The notes under the pieces: generated by a model
What the model was told of the DNA's origin: nothing
Seen by the model: the letters and a program-made list of their open reading frames with translations, nothing else
Databases searched by the model: none
Sequence record: LC727697.1
DNA length: 64,000 nt
Reading direction: 5' to 3' (one strand)
Made by a program: the position numbers and the translations under genes
In this document: positions 56,306 through 64,000 of the stretch, piece by piece
Position numbering within the stretch: position 1 is the stretch's first letter
Layout of the letters: each line of letters opens with the position of its first letter

Positions 56306-56521
56306 TTAGTTTCTACCGGTTTTGATACCGATGATAAAAGAAGTTCTCATATTAGTTGGTAAGGAATTGAAATATCGAAAGAAGTCAGTTAGGATAGCTT
56401 TGCCTTCTTTTATTTGAGTGCCTGCTTTTAATCCTTCAGTAAAAGCAATTTCTTTTGTCATGATAATGTACTCATGATTGTGTATATGTTTTAGCATACA
56501 TGTATATTTGTAAATATGCAA
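56306..56521 (-). CDS. Hypothetical protein (true start probably internal, MTKEIAF)
   Basis: ORF track; GAG upstream of the internal ATG. Confidence 0.45.
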   Translation of the reverse strand: MHIYKYTCMLKHIHNHEYIIMTKEIAFTEGLKAGTQIKEGKAILTDFFRYFNSLPTNMRTSFIIGIKTGRN

Positions 56522-56525
56522 CTGG

Positions 56526-56849
56526 CTATTGTTTGATCTTAGATAAATGCTTTATTGTAGATTCATAGTCTTTAAACGAAGTAGGTATGTAGCTAGTCTT
56601 ATATTCACTAGCATTATATAATGACATTAGTAATAAGGTAACCGCTTGATTAATATTGTATGCTGTTTTTGATTTTATACTGAATACATGAATGTAACTA
56701 GTTGGATCATCATTAATTCCAGGCAGAATATTCCAACTAGTTATAGTTGCATAAGGTTTTACTACCTGGCGCATTTGAGTAATAAATGCTGCAAATGCGC
56801 CAGGACGGGGTGATTCATTACATATAATGCATTTAATTACTTCAATCAT
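56526..56849 (-). CDS. Hypothetical protein
   Basis: ORF track. Confidence 0.6.
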   Translation of the reverse strand: MIEVIKCIICNESPRPGAFAAFITQMRQVVKPYATITSWNILPGINDDPTSYIHVFSIKSKTAYNINQAVTLLLMSLYNASEYKTSYIPTSFKDYESTIKHLSKIKQ

Positions 56850-57033
56850 ATATGTTTTACCATTATTATTGAATATAATTATAAGAAATAAAAAACACTA
56901 TATGTATAATAACACATAGTGTTTTAGATACAACTGGAATTACTTCTTAGGTACTTTTTAGTATTCAAAGTTCATTGTAGTAAGCCATTTCATCCAAGTT
57001 AGTAATGTTATTGGAATGGATGGTCTGATCTGT

Positions 57034-57058
57034 GCAAATAAGAATAATTTGTATTTGC
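57034..57058. promoter_or_regulatory. Fur-box-like palindrome GCAAATAAGAAT-A-ATTTGTATTTGC
   Basis: Member of a repeated intergenic palindrome family (see findings). Confidence 0.55.
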
Positions 57059-57076
57059 ATTTGCATTTGACTTAAT

Positions 57077-57106
57077 AAAAAGAAAGGGGCATTGCCCCTT
57101 TCTTTT
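57077..57106 (-). terminator. Terminator
   Basis: AAAGAAAGGGGCA-T-TGCCCCTTTCTTT. Confidence 0.8.
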
Positions 57107-57114
57107 GTCACTAA

Positions 57115-57348
57115 CTAAACTGTTTCACCGAAATCAATAATTACACCTAATTCTAAATTATTTTTTCGGATATGTTTTGATAGGAGTGTTTGTGCATCGA
57201 GACGCCCAAACGCATGTAATGTAATAGTTCTTTTTTTGAACAAACTTTCTGTTGCTTTATTCCGTGCAGTGTACTGAATGACAAATTTAGTTGGAATTGC
57301 CTTTGTTTTTGGCATTGGGCGTGGATTTGTATTCAGTTTGCGGTACAT
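57115..57348 (-). CDS. Hypothetical basic protein
   Basis: AGGAG RBS; TTGACA-17-TATGCT promoter at 57376-57404. Confidence 0.7.
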   Translation of the reverse strand: MYRKLNTNPRPMPKTKAIPTKFVIQYTARNKATESLFKKRTITLHAFGRLDAQTLLSKHIRKNNLELGVIIDFGETV

Positions 57349-57420
57349 GTATATCTACTCCTTGCTGTTTTATACAGCATAATATGATCTTATGTACATG
57401 TCAATCATTTTTATTATATT

Positions 57421-57909
57421 TCAACTAATAAAATATGGTTTAGGTGTCTTTGTATATGTAGCATAAATGGGTCTGTTAGATCTCGATGCCCATTCTTTAA
57501 ATTTGTCATTTAAATATAACTGATATGAATGTGTTACATTACCTGTTTTAAATTCGTCTGGCATAACTAAGACAAACTCTGTTCTTTCTATATTAGGGAG
57601 TTTTGGTATAGTTTTTAATGACGAAAGGTGAATTTTAGTTGCATGTTGTTTGTCAAATCTATATTCAAATTCATTTATAAGACTTGTAAGAAGTTCATAA
57701 GTCCATTCATAGTTTTTTGAACTTTCTCTAATCCAAACGGCACATGGATGATTTTTATGAGTAGGTTTATATGCAGGAGTATATCCGTTTATTATATAAT
57801 GAGTAGTGCTTAACAATTGTGCTGTTTCTACTATCATCTTTCTTAGATGAACATCACAATGATGTTTGGCACATACATAAGGATTTGTGTCAGTCACAAA
57901 TATATTCAA
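57421..57909 (-). CDS. denV: Pyrimidine-dimer DNA glycosylase family (T4 endonuclease V-like)
   Basis: MNIF...HCDVHLRKMIVETAQLLS and YKPTHKNHPCAVWIRES..NYEW motifs. Confidence 0.75.
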   Translation of the reverse strand: MNIFVTDTNPYVCAKHHCDVHLRKMIVETAQLLSTTHYIINGYTPAYKPTHKNHPCAVWIRESSKNYEWTYELLTSLINEFEYRFDKQHATKIHLSSLKTIPKLPNIERTEFVLVMPDEFKTGNVTHSYQLYLNDKFKEWASRSNRPIYATYTKTPKPYFIS

Positions 57910-58065
57910 TTTATATTACCTACAATGTTTAATGTGTAAAATACAGTATTCAGTATGATTTGTAAATAAGAGTTATTATTATGTCAGAATAGATGCAAAT
58001 AAGAATATTTGTTATTAACAGTCATAGAGAAAGCACCTTTCGGTGCTTTCTCGGTGTAGTCCGGA

Positions 58066-58503
58066 TTATGCTTCCGGCTGGGCTTCTTTGCGCTTCTTCG
58101 AGCTGCCTTTCTTCGCCGGGGCAGCGTCGCCGGACTGGACTGCGTGGTCGGCGACCTGGACTACTGCCTTGACCAGGTTGTGGGCTTGCTCTTCCTTGCT
58201 CAGCGTGCTGGCCGGCATCTCGGCGCCTTCTTTGCCGTCGGTCAGGATGAACAGGATTGCTTGTTCCATCGCCCGGGCGATCCGGATCGCGCTGAACACG
58301 CCTTTCTGTTCGAGGACGATGTCCTTGCCGTTGATGTTGGCGTCGATCTTCGCCGACCAGGTGCGCTGGGTTTTGGTCTTGTAGAACGCTTCGCTGCTGC
58401 CTACTTCGACGCCGTTCAGCAGCAGGGCTTGCCGGTGCCCTTCCAGGTTGCGGCGGACCAGTTTGATTGCGGATTGCTCGACGGTAACGGTTGCTTTGGT
58501 CAT
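58066..58503 (-). CDS. Hypothetical high-GC early protein in its own cassette
   Basis: AGGAG RBS, TTGTAC-18-TATACT promoter at 58569-58598, and a GAAAGCACC/GGTGCTTTC terminator at 58027-58052. Confidence 0.75.
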   Translation of the reverse strand: MTKATVTVEQSAIKLVRRNLEGHRQALLLNGVEVGSSEAFYKTKTQRTWSAKIDANINGKDIVLEQKGVFSAIRIARAMEQAILFILTDGKEGAEMPASTLSKEEQAHNLVKAVVQVADHAVQSGDAAPAKKGSSKKRKEAQPEA

Positions 58504-58670
58504 GATTTGGAACTCCTAGCTGTATTTGGGTTTGTCTATGAAGCGCTGTTTGCTTGCTTCATGTGTGTAGTATATGCAGATCTGGCCACCATGTACAATT
58601 GAACGTTTTAATGGACTTTGTAGATTCTAATAGATTTTATCTAACGAAGATTAGGTACAGTAGCCTGCTG

Positions 58671-58695
58671 GATAATAAGAATTATTCGCATTTGC
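58671..58695. promoter_or_regulatory. Fur-box-like palindrome GATAATAAGAAT-T-ATTCGCATTTGC
   Basis: 14/19 match to the E. coli Fur consensus GATAATGATAATCATTATC. Confidence 0.55.
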
Positions 58696-58835
58696 ATTTG
58701 CTTGCAAATAATTAAAATTAAATAAGGAACGGAACTATAGGTGCTAAGCCAAACATTAACAATGAAATAATAATGAATATCAGTAGTATGCCAACACTGA
58801 CAACTGAAGTTAATAAAAGGGATTTTAATATAAAT

Positions 58836-59144
58836 TCAATCATGTAACTTAAATATCCTTCTACACAGGTAATATTCAATACATTCATTTATATCAGGTG
58901 ATGTAACTCTAAAACCTGATACTACATATTCTTTTTTCGATAAATTTAATTCTAATTCTAATATGTTCTTTTTAGTATTTAATCCAGAAACAATTAATCG
59001 TGTGTTTGGTACCATATGTTCTTTAAAATTAAGAAACTTTGCTACAGCATGGAAGTCGTTACTTGTAATGTAACGTTCTATATCACAAATATTAGTCTCA
59101 ACGCCTGTGTTGACTATTCCGTGGACTACATATACATTATACAT
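58836..59144 (-). CDS. Hypothetical protein
   Basis: Starts 1 nt after the upstream stop. Confidence 0.6.
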   Translation of the reverse strand: MYNVYVVHGIVNTGVETNICDIERYITSNDFHAVAKFLNFKEHMVPNTRLIVSGLNTKKNILELELNLSKKEYVVSGFRVTSPDINECIEYYLCRRIFKLHD

Positions 59145-59145
59145 A

Positions 59146-59517
59146 CTATTTCTTATATATTTCTAAAGTATTACCAACCCTTTCCATACAACCGTTAAAT
59201 ATGGCTAGAGGGATAATCTTTCTTTCTTCAGTAGATGAAAACTCATATACGTTATCAATTAATTTTGAAATATTTGCTTGAGCCTGCAAGAACGCAAGCC
59301 ATTTACTATTATTATTCTTATATAAATTAGATACAATATCCATATGAGATGCAATTTGTATTGCATTCATATGTTCATTTACTACCATATCGACATGAAT
59401 CTTAGATAATTCCAGAAGTGTAAGGCATGTTTCGTTAGTTATCTTAACTTCAGTAATAGATTCTGCAGAAACTAGTGTAGACAAAGACAATGCAATAGAA
59501 GCAATAACAAATTTCAT
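59146..59517 (-). CDS. Predicted exported protein
   Basis: Sec-type signal peptide MKFVIASIALSLSTLVSA. Confidence 0.6.
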   Translation of the reverse strand: MKFVIASIALSLSTLVSAESITEVKITNETCLTLLELSKIHVDMVVNEHMNAIQIASHMDIVSNLYKNNNSKWLAFLQAQANISKLIDNVYEFSSTEERKIIPLAIFNGCMERVGNTLEIYKK

Positions 59518-59597
59518 AATTAGCCTAATACGGGAAGTTATACACTAAGCTATTATATTTTTAATTATTATTTTTTGTCAAATGAATAATATTGGTC

Positions 59598-59755
59598 AAA
59601 AAAAAGCTGCTCCGGGCAAGCCCTTTGCAGCTCAAGAACGGTACACCCAAACCAGTGTACCAAGAACCAAGTCAGGAGCATTAGCTCAACACATACTTGG
59701 TAGCAGGAGTTACAACTAACAGCAAAACAAATTAATACGTCTTGCTGCAAACTTG
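59598..59755 (-). ncRNA. Candidate ~160-nt structured small RNA
   Basis: TTGCAT-17-TATTAT promoter (59761-59789), stacked hairpins, U-tract terminator, and no RBS-led ORF. Confidence 0.55.
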
Positions 59756-59790
59756 AGTACATAATACATATACGTTACAGCTAATGCAAG

Positions 59791-60171
59791 TTATTTTTTA
59801 AAATCAATATAAGTGACGTTTTCTTCTTTCTTTATTACATGTTTCTTTTCTTCACAATCAATTGCATTAGAAATTTGACCGTGAAGTTCGTTAACATACT
59901 TCTCATCAAGAACAATGTACATGATGATCCCGGCGGGACTAATAATCCGGTGACTATGGCTTATATAGTTTCCCAAATAGGCCAATACTTCGATTTCTGC
60001 ACGTAATCCAATTTTAACTTCTGCTATACTTGCATCAATTTTGTTTTTGATCCATTCTTTCAGTTGATCTTGAGCAGACACAAAATTGATATGAGCTTTA
60101 AGATATCGAACATAGTCGAACTTATCGCCTTCTTTGTCATATGCAGTTGCGACTAATGCTATGAGTGCCAT
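59791..60171 (-). CDS. Hypothetical protein
   Basis: AGGAG RBS; TTGACA-17-CATTAT promoter at 60198-60226. Confidence 0.7.
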   Translation of the reverse strand: MALIALVATAYDKEGDKFDYVRYLKAHINFVSAQDQLKEWIKNKIDASIAEVKIGLRAEIEVLAYLGNYISHSHRIISPAGIIMYIVLDEKYVNELHGQISNAIDCEEKKHVIKKEENVTYIDFKK

Positions 60172-60354
60172 AATGGTATCTCCTGCTTTGTGTGTGCATA
60201 ATGTAGCCTACAGCAAGGAATGTCAAGAGGAAAATTCTACAAAAAATGCTTGCATGCAGATACAAATATGCTATTATCTTTATACAGAGACCAGTAATAG
60301 GGCGGGGGAGACAATCACCCAGGCTGCCTAAAATTTAGGCAGATAGGTAGGAAT

Positions 60355-60379
60355 GCAAATGCGAATAATTCTTATTTGC
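60355..60379. promoter_or_regulatory. Fur-box-like palindrome GCAAATGCGAAT-A-ATTCTTATTTGC between divergent promoters
   Basis: Near-perfect 12-1-12 inverted repeat. Confidence 0.6.
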
Positions 60380-60524
60380 AAAACATGAAGTCGTAGAAAA
60401 TGTTATAACAGAATAGATGCTAATAATATTTTATTTGAAAGAAAATGGAAGAAAATTCTTGCATTAGCACACGAATAGCGTATACTACACATAACAAAGC
60501 AAAACAACGCAGGAGTAACAGAAA

Positions 60525-60764
60525 ATGATGCAACTACGCGCACATAACGCTAACAAGGAAAATTTCAATTACTGCGTGTTTATCGAAGCGTTCCAGGAAG
60601 GTAGTCAAATTGTTGCAAATGTGGTACGCAACTATGAAGACGGGACTACTGAAATACTGTATAGCTTCAAAGGTCCCAACAGCCTGAACGTAAGAACGCA
60701 AATGCGCAAAAAGAAAGTACGTATGATGCAAGTCAAAAGTGGCAAGCATTTGTTGGGACTATAA
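60525..60764 (+). CDS. Hypothetical protein; the only plus-strand gene supported in the accessory region
   Basis: AGGAG RBS, TTGCAT-16-TATACT promoter at 60459-60486, and a terminator at 60764-60790. Confidence 0.7.
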   Translation: MMQLRAHNANKENFNYCVFIEAFQEGSQIVANVVRNYEDGTTEILYSFKGPNSLNVRTQMRKKKVRMMQVKSGKHLLGL

Positions 60765-60807
60765 GAAAAGGGGCAATGCCCCTTTTCTTATGACTATAAT
60801 TTCTGCA

Positions 60808-60990
60808 TTATAATACTTCTTCAAATTCTTCGTCGTAGTCGACTGTCACATAAGATGTGAGTTTAGCCAAAGTATTTACTAGTGTAATATCTATTGCACA
60901 CCGACCTTTAGAAATTTTCTGGATAGTCATTTTCATGCCATTGTAGAAAACAACATCACCTACAGCTAACTCAGTTGCTTTGGTTTGCAT
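60808..60990 (-). CDS. Small beta-rich (SH3/KOW-like) hypothetical protein
   Basis: LAVGDVV motif, AGGAG RBS, and TTGCAT-17-TAGTAT promoter at 61021-61049. Confidence 0.65.
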   Translation of the reverse strand: MQTKATELAVGDVVFYNGMKMTIQKISKGRCAIDITLVNTLAKLTSYVTVDYDEEFEEVL

Positions 60991-61120
60991 GTATAACGCT
61001 CCTGACTTTATTTTTTTAATATACTAGCACAGTGCCGCTAGCTATGCAACTAGAATTTGCTTTTATTTTAAAAGTAAACAAGAATTTATTATAATTGCAA
61101 ATAAGAATTATTATTATATT

Positions 61121-61172
61121 TCCAATTATCAAATCCAATTATCAAATCCAATTATCAAATCCAATTATCAAT
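61121..61172. repeat. Four tandem 13-mers TCCAATTATCAAA
   Basis: Three exact copies plus one with a final mismatch. Confidence 0.9.
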
Positions 61173-61455
61173 CGGTCATTACACTTACTGATAGAATAGT
61201 AGATGGCATTTCATCTTTCTTAAACTTGATAGGCACAATATCTACATAAACAAGTTTTGAACCTAATGTGTGTTCTAATGGTTTGTATATACGGGCAAAT
61301 ACCAAATTACGTTTTGTAGAACTATTTTCACATTCTATCTTATAATGGAAGTCTACTCTTTTATACTGAGTTTTTACTACAGTACGTAAAGAGACTATCT
61401 TAATTTTATTAGATAAGATAGTCTTCGAAACAATATTTTTTAAATCATCTTCCAT
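61168..61455 (-). CDS. Hypothetical protein
   Basis: ORF track. Confidence 0.6.
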   Translation of the reverse strand: MEDDLKNIVSKTILSNKIKIVSLRTVVKTQYKRVDFHYKIECENSSTKRNLVFARIYKPLEHTLGSKLVYVDIVPIKFKKDEMPSTILSVSVMTD

Positions 61456-61466
61456 ATTATATTATA

Positions 61467-61874
61467 TTAATTGTCTTTTTCAACACAAGTAAGGAAATAA
61501 AGTTCACACTCTTCTTTCCAGTTAGATAAAAACGTCGGTTTAAAAACACCCAAAATATTTGTGCTAGGGAGAATGTCTTTATATTGATCAACGTAACTAT
61601 TGACATCTTTGAGTTCGATGTCAATGCGCCCGTCCATAACCATTTTTAATGCTGCCGATTTAACGCATAGTGGACTATGAGGATTATTTACTATCCTATT
61701 TGCGCATGCCAATTCTGCGTCAGAAATAATACGCTTTATTTGGCTACACACATTTATGTCACTTTCGAGCCATATTTGTTGAGTGTAGCAAAGGTTGTTA
61801 TAAACAGGATCTATTACAAACAATTTGCATTTGAACATGGTTAACACTCCTGTAGTAATATAATTTATAAACAC
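61467..61874 (-). CDS. Hypothetical protein (true start probably MFKCKLF)
   Basis: AGGAG RBS before the internal ATG. Confidence 0.6.
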   Translation of the reverse strand: MFINYITTGVLTMFKCKLFVIDPVYNNLCYTQQIWLESDINVCSQIKRIISDAELACANRIVNNPHSPLCVKSAALKMVMDGRIDIELKDVNSYVDQYKDILPSTNILGVFKPTFLSNWKEECELYFLTCVEKDN

Positions 61875-62056
61875 ATTGTGCTATATTCTACATATAGGTG
61901 TCAAGTTAATTTTATTCTTGCTTTTGTAATATACTTGTGTTATAAGTGCGGGATCGTGCAAATAAGAATTATTCTAATTTTAATTAAATAAAATTAATTC
62001 TTATTTATAAGTATATTATACATAAAAGGAAAGGGGAATTAATCCCCTTTCCTTTA

Positions 62057-62362
62057 TTATGCTATTTGATAACTTACTTCATTACCGTTAGTAATCTTTA
62101 CACAAACATCAATGTCAACCATTCCTGTGTAGTCTGGTTCCTGAATAGTAATGAAAATATACATGCTGTTTTGTTCCAGGCTGCAAGTTGGATCACCCTT
62201 ACATTGCCATTCAGCATTACCTGCATTAACAGCATTGGATACCTGTTCTAAAGTAACACTACCCGTAGCCTTCCAAACATCAATGCCATATGCCCCTTCA
62301 GCATAAATGAATGATTTAAAGGTTGGAAAAATCTCTAACAACCGCTTCAATTCTGCTGACAT
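62057..62362 (-). CDS. Hypothetical protein
   Basis: AGGAG RBS, TTGCAA-17-TATTAT promoter at 62394-62422, and a terminator at about 62024-62057. Confidence 0.7.
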   Translation of the reverse strand: MSAELKRLLEIFPTFKSFIYAEGAYGIDVWKATGSVTLEQVSNAVNAGNAEWQCKGDPTCSLEQNSMYIFITIQEPDYTGMVDIDVCVKITNGNEVSYQIA

Positions 62363-62511
62363 GTTATATCTCCTGTTTTGTGTTGCTGTACATATAATAT
62401 TGTCATTGCCTTAGCATTGCAACATATAAAATGTAACAAGCAAACAAGACTTAATCTTATCCGGTATACACATACACTATGTTAGGAGAAAAATCAAGTG
62501 AATATTTGTTC

Positions 62512-62571
62512 TAAGATTAGTTCTTATTTGCGTGGCGGGGATATTATCATTGCAAATAAGAACTAATCTTA
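62512..62571. repeat. Perfect 20-bp inverted repeat TAAGATTAGTTCTTATTTGC / GCAAATAAGAACTAATCTTA
   Basis: Arms at 62512-62531 and 62552-62571 with a 20-nt spacer. Confidence 0.9.
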
Positions 62572-62804
62572 ACAAATGCATATTAAAAAGGGCTTACAAA
62601 TTGCAAGCTCTTTGTGTTACGCTGCAGGGTTATTTTTTCAGAATTATTCTTATTCAGTTTCTTTGTTGTTAATAAGAACTTATTATCAGGCCTAATCAAG
62701 AATGCGTCTTATTTGCATTGTGCTTTTACCACAACCGTAATAGTTCTTATTTGCACAGAAATTGCAGACAAAAGAAAAGGGCTTGCGCCCCTTCCTTTTT
62801 TGTG

Positions 62805-63125
62805 CTAGCTGTTAGCTTCCAGAAAGTCCATTACACCCTTTGCAGTGCCGTTGTCAAAGAAAAGGTGCGTGTCCATGCGTTCCACAACAAATCCGTAGTA
62901 GTCCCAGCCTACTATCCATCCTGCATACTTGTCAACCAATTTGTAGCAGGGATAGTCTGAATCCTCGTAGTGCGGCAGTTCCTGGGACAGCTGGACTAAC
63001 ACATAGTCTATGCCGTTGTCAACAAAACTTTGTAGGAGTTCCTCGTAGTGATTTTTAATGGAAACTGTAGAAACGTTGTCCTCTGGGACTAGTGCGTCCC
63101 AGTTAAAACCTTTAAAGTCAACCAT
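62805..63125 (-). CDS. Hypothetical acidic protein
   Basis: AGGA RBS, TTGCGT-16-TAGTAT promoter at 63168-63195, and a terminator at about 62770-62800. Confidence 0.7.
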   Translation of the reverse strand: MVDFKGFNWDALVPEDNVSTVSIKNHYEELLQSFVDNGIDYVLVQLSQELPHYEDSDYPCYKLVDKYAGWIVGWDYYGFVVERMDTHLFFDNGTAKGVMDFLEANS

Positions 63126-63343
63126 TTTCTTATCCTGCTATTAATGTTTATAGGTACTGCAATACACATACTAGCACCTGTGTAGCATAACGCAAGCTTT
63201 TTCTTTTTGTGAACAATTCTTATCACCCAGCCGTATCAAGAATGCCTCTTGTTTGCATTCGCATCTCACTGCCCTGTGCAAATAAGAATAATTTGCATTT
63301 ACACTTAGGACATAAAAGGAAAGGGGCAGTTGCCCCCTTTCCT

Positions 63344-63646
63344 TTAGTAATTGCGCTGGTACCCGGCAACTACACTGACGTCTCTGCCTTTAATGTAGAT
63401 CTTGCGTGCGCCGCCGAACCAGTGTCCACAACAGTCTCTCGAGCAGCTACAGCTTTGCTCCATGAGCTGGTACACTGCCTTACGGAGTGCCCAACTGCTA
63501 GCACGAACACCACGGGGCAGACGCAGTCGAACAACGTCGATAGTCTCGATATCGATCGGACTGTTCGGATTGCGGACAGTGTGTTTACTGACAACCTTGC
63601 GGGCAGTCACAACACGCCCGTTGATCCACAGATGAACGAGATTCAT
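63344..63646 (-). CDS. Hypothetical protein with a CSCSRDCCGH motif
   Basis: AGGAG RBS; terminator at about 63313-63345. Confidence 0.7.
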   Translation of the reverse strand: MNLVHLWINGRVVTARKVVSKHTVRNPNSPIDIETIDVVRLRLPRGVRASSWALRKAVYQLMEQSCSCSRDCCGHWFGGARKIYIKGRDVSVVAGYQRNY

Positions 63647-63657
63647 GGTGTCTCTCC

Positions 63658-63906
63658 TTAGTTGCTATCTTCGGCAATGACGTACAAAGTAACGCCGCAG
63701 CCCGGAGGAACTAGGCGCCACTGCACGTCGTACGCTCTCAGTGCGTCGTAATGGCTAGCAAACACGGGAGCGTTGGGACCAACAACCTTAACCTTGCCCA
63801 TCATTGCACAGCGCTTGATTGCGTGCAACAAGGCGCTGTCGAGGTCTACAGATGTAAACACTTCGGCGATGTTGCCGATGCTGTTAACATGCAATACTTT
63901 AGCCAT
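63658..63906 (-). CDS. Hypothetical protein
   Basis: AGGAG RBS; TTGCAT-16-TAGTAT promoter at 63947-63974. Confidence 0.7.
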   Translation of the reverse strand: MAKVLHVNSIGNIAEVFTSVDLDSALLHAIKRCAMMGKVKVVGPNAPVFASHYDALRAYDVQWRLVPPGCGVTLYVIAEDSN

Positions 63907-64000
63907 TGTCTGTTGCTCCTGCTAGTTATGTGTTACTGCTAAACACATACTAACATCTTACCGCAGTAATGCAACAGGAGATTGACTTGTGCAAATGCAA

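Noticed and set aside
58043-58602. Plus-strand ORFs 58043-58384 and 58144-58602
   Set aside because: They are shadows of the strongly codon-biased minus-strand gene.
59568-59762. 64-aa protein-coding call
   Set aside because: The ATG overlaps the -10 element, there is no RBS, and the frame runs through a terminator. A structured RNA fits better.
63209-63942. Plus-strand ORFs 63209-63661, 63402-63635 and 63751-63942
   Set aside because: They are antisense to RBS-supported minus-strand genes and cross terminator and operator sequences.
1-64000. tRNA, rRNA, integrase or IS elements
   Set aside because: No cloverleaf with T-loop GTTCRA and CCA end, rRNA signature or recombinase/transposase motif was recognised by eye. 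tRNAscan-SE would be the definitive check.

Overview
This window is a segment of a large, AT-rich lytic myophage with T4-like morphogenesis genes. The short 395-aa capsid protein, the 3857-aa baseplate protein and the gene order resemble RaK2/XacN1-type jumbo phages; that placement is from recall, not a search. Bases 1-48 kb hold the structural and late genes: a repeat-containing tail fibre cut by the left edge, capsid (gp23), scaffold, protease, portal, tape measure, gp26-like hub chaperone, Holliday junction resolvase, gp46/gp47, gp55-like late sigma factor, baseplate (gp48/53/27/5/25/6/7-like) and three fibre or structural genes. Bases 48-64 kb are an accessory, early-type region of small unknown ORFs organised as sigma70 promoter-gene-terminator cassettes, with sharp GC switches (spot counts about 18% versus about 65% per 60 nt) that suggest a high-GC proteobacterial host. 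No tRNA, rRNA, CRISPR array, integrase or reverse transcriptase was seen. The main unexplained signals are: (1) a roughly 900-nt ORF-free, GC-enriched, hairpin-rich transcription unit at 15.7-16.6 kb with a perfect TTGACA-17-TATAAT promoter, a late promoter and its own terminator, a candidate giant ncRNA; (2) a textbook -1 frameshift signal that extends the gp26-like gene (G/GT-like); (3) about ten Fur-box-like palindromes upstream of early promoters; (4) a roughly 160-nt structured sRNA candidate with anti-Shine-Dalgarno motifs; (5) two coupled arrays of 60-85-aa microproteins, the second bracketed by phased short-repeat tracts.
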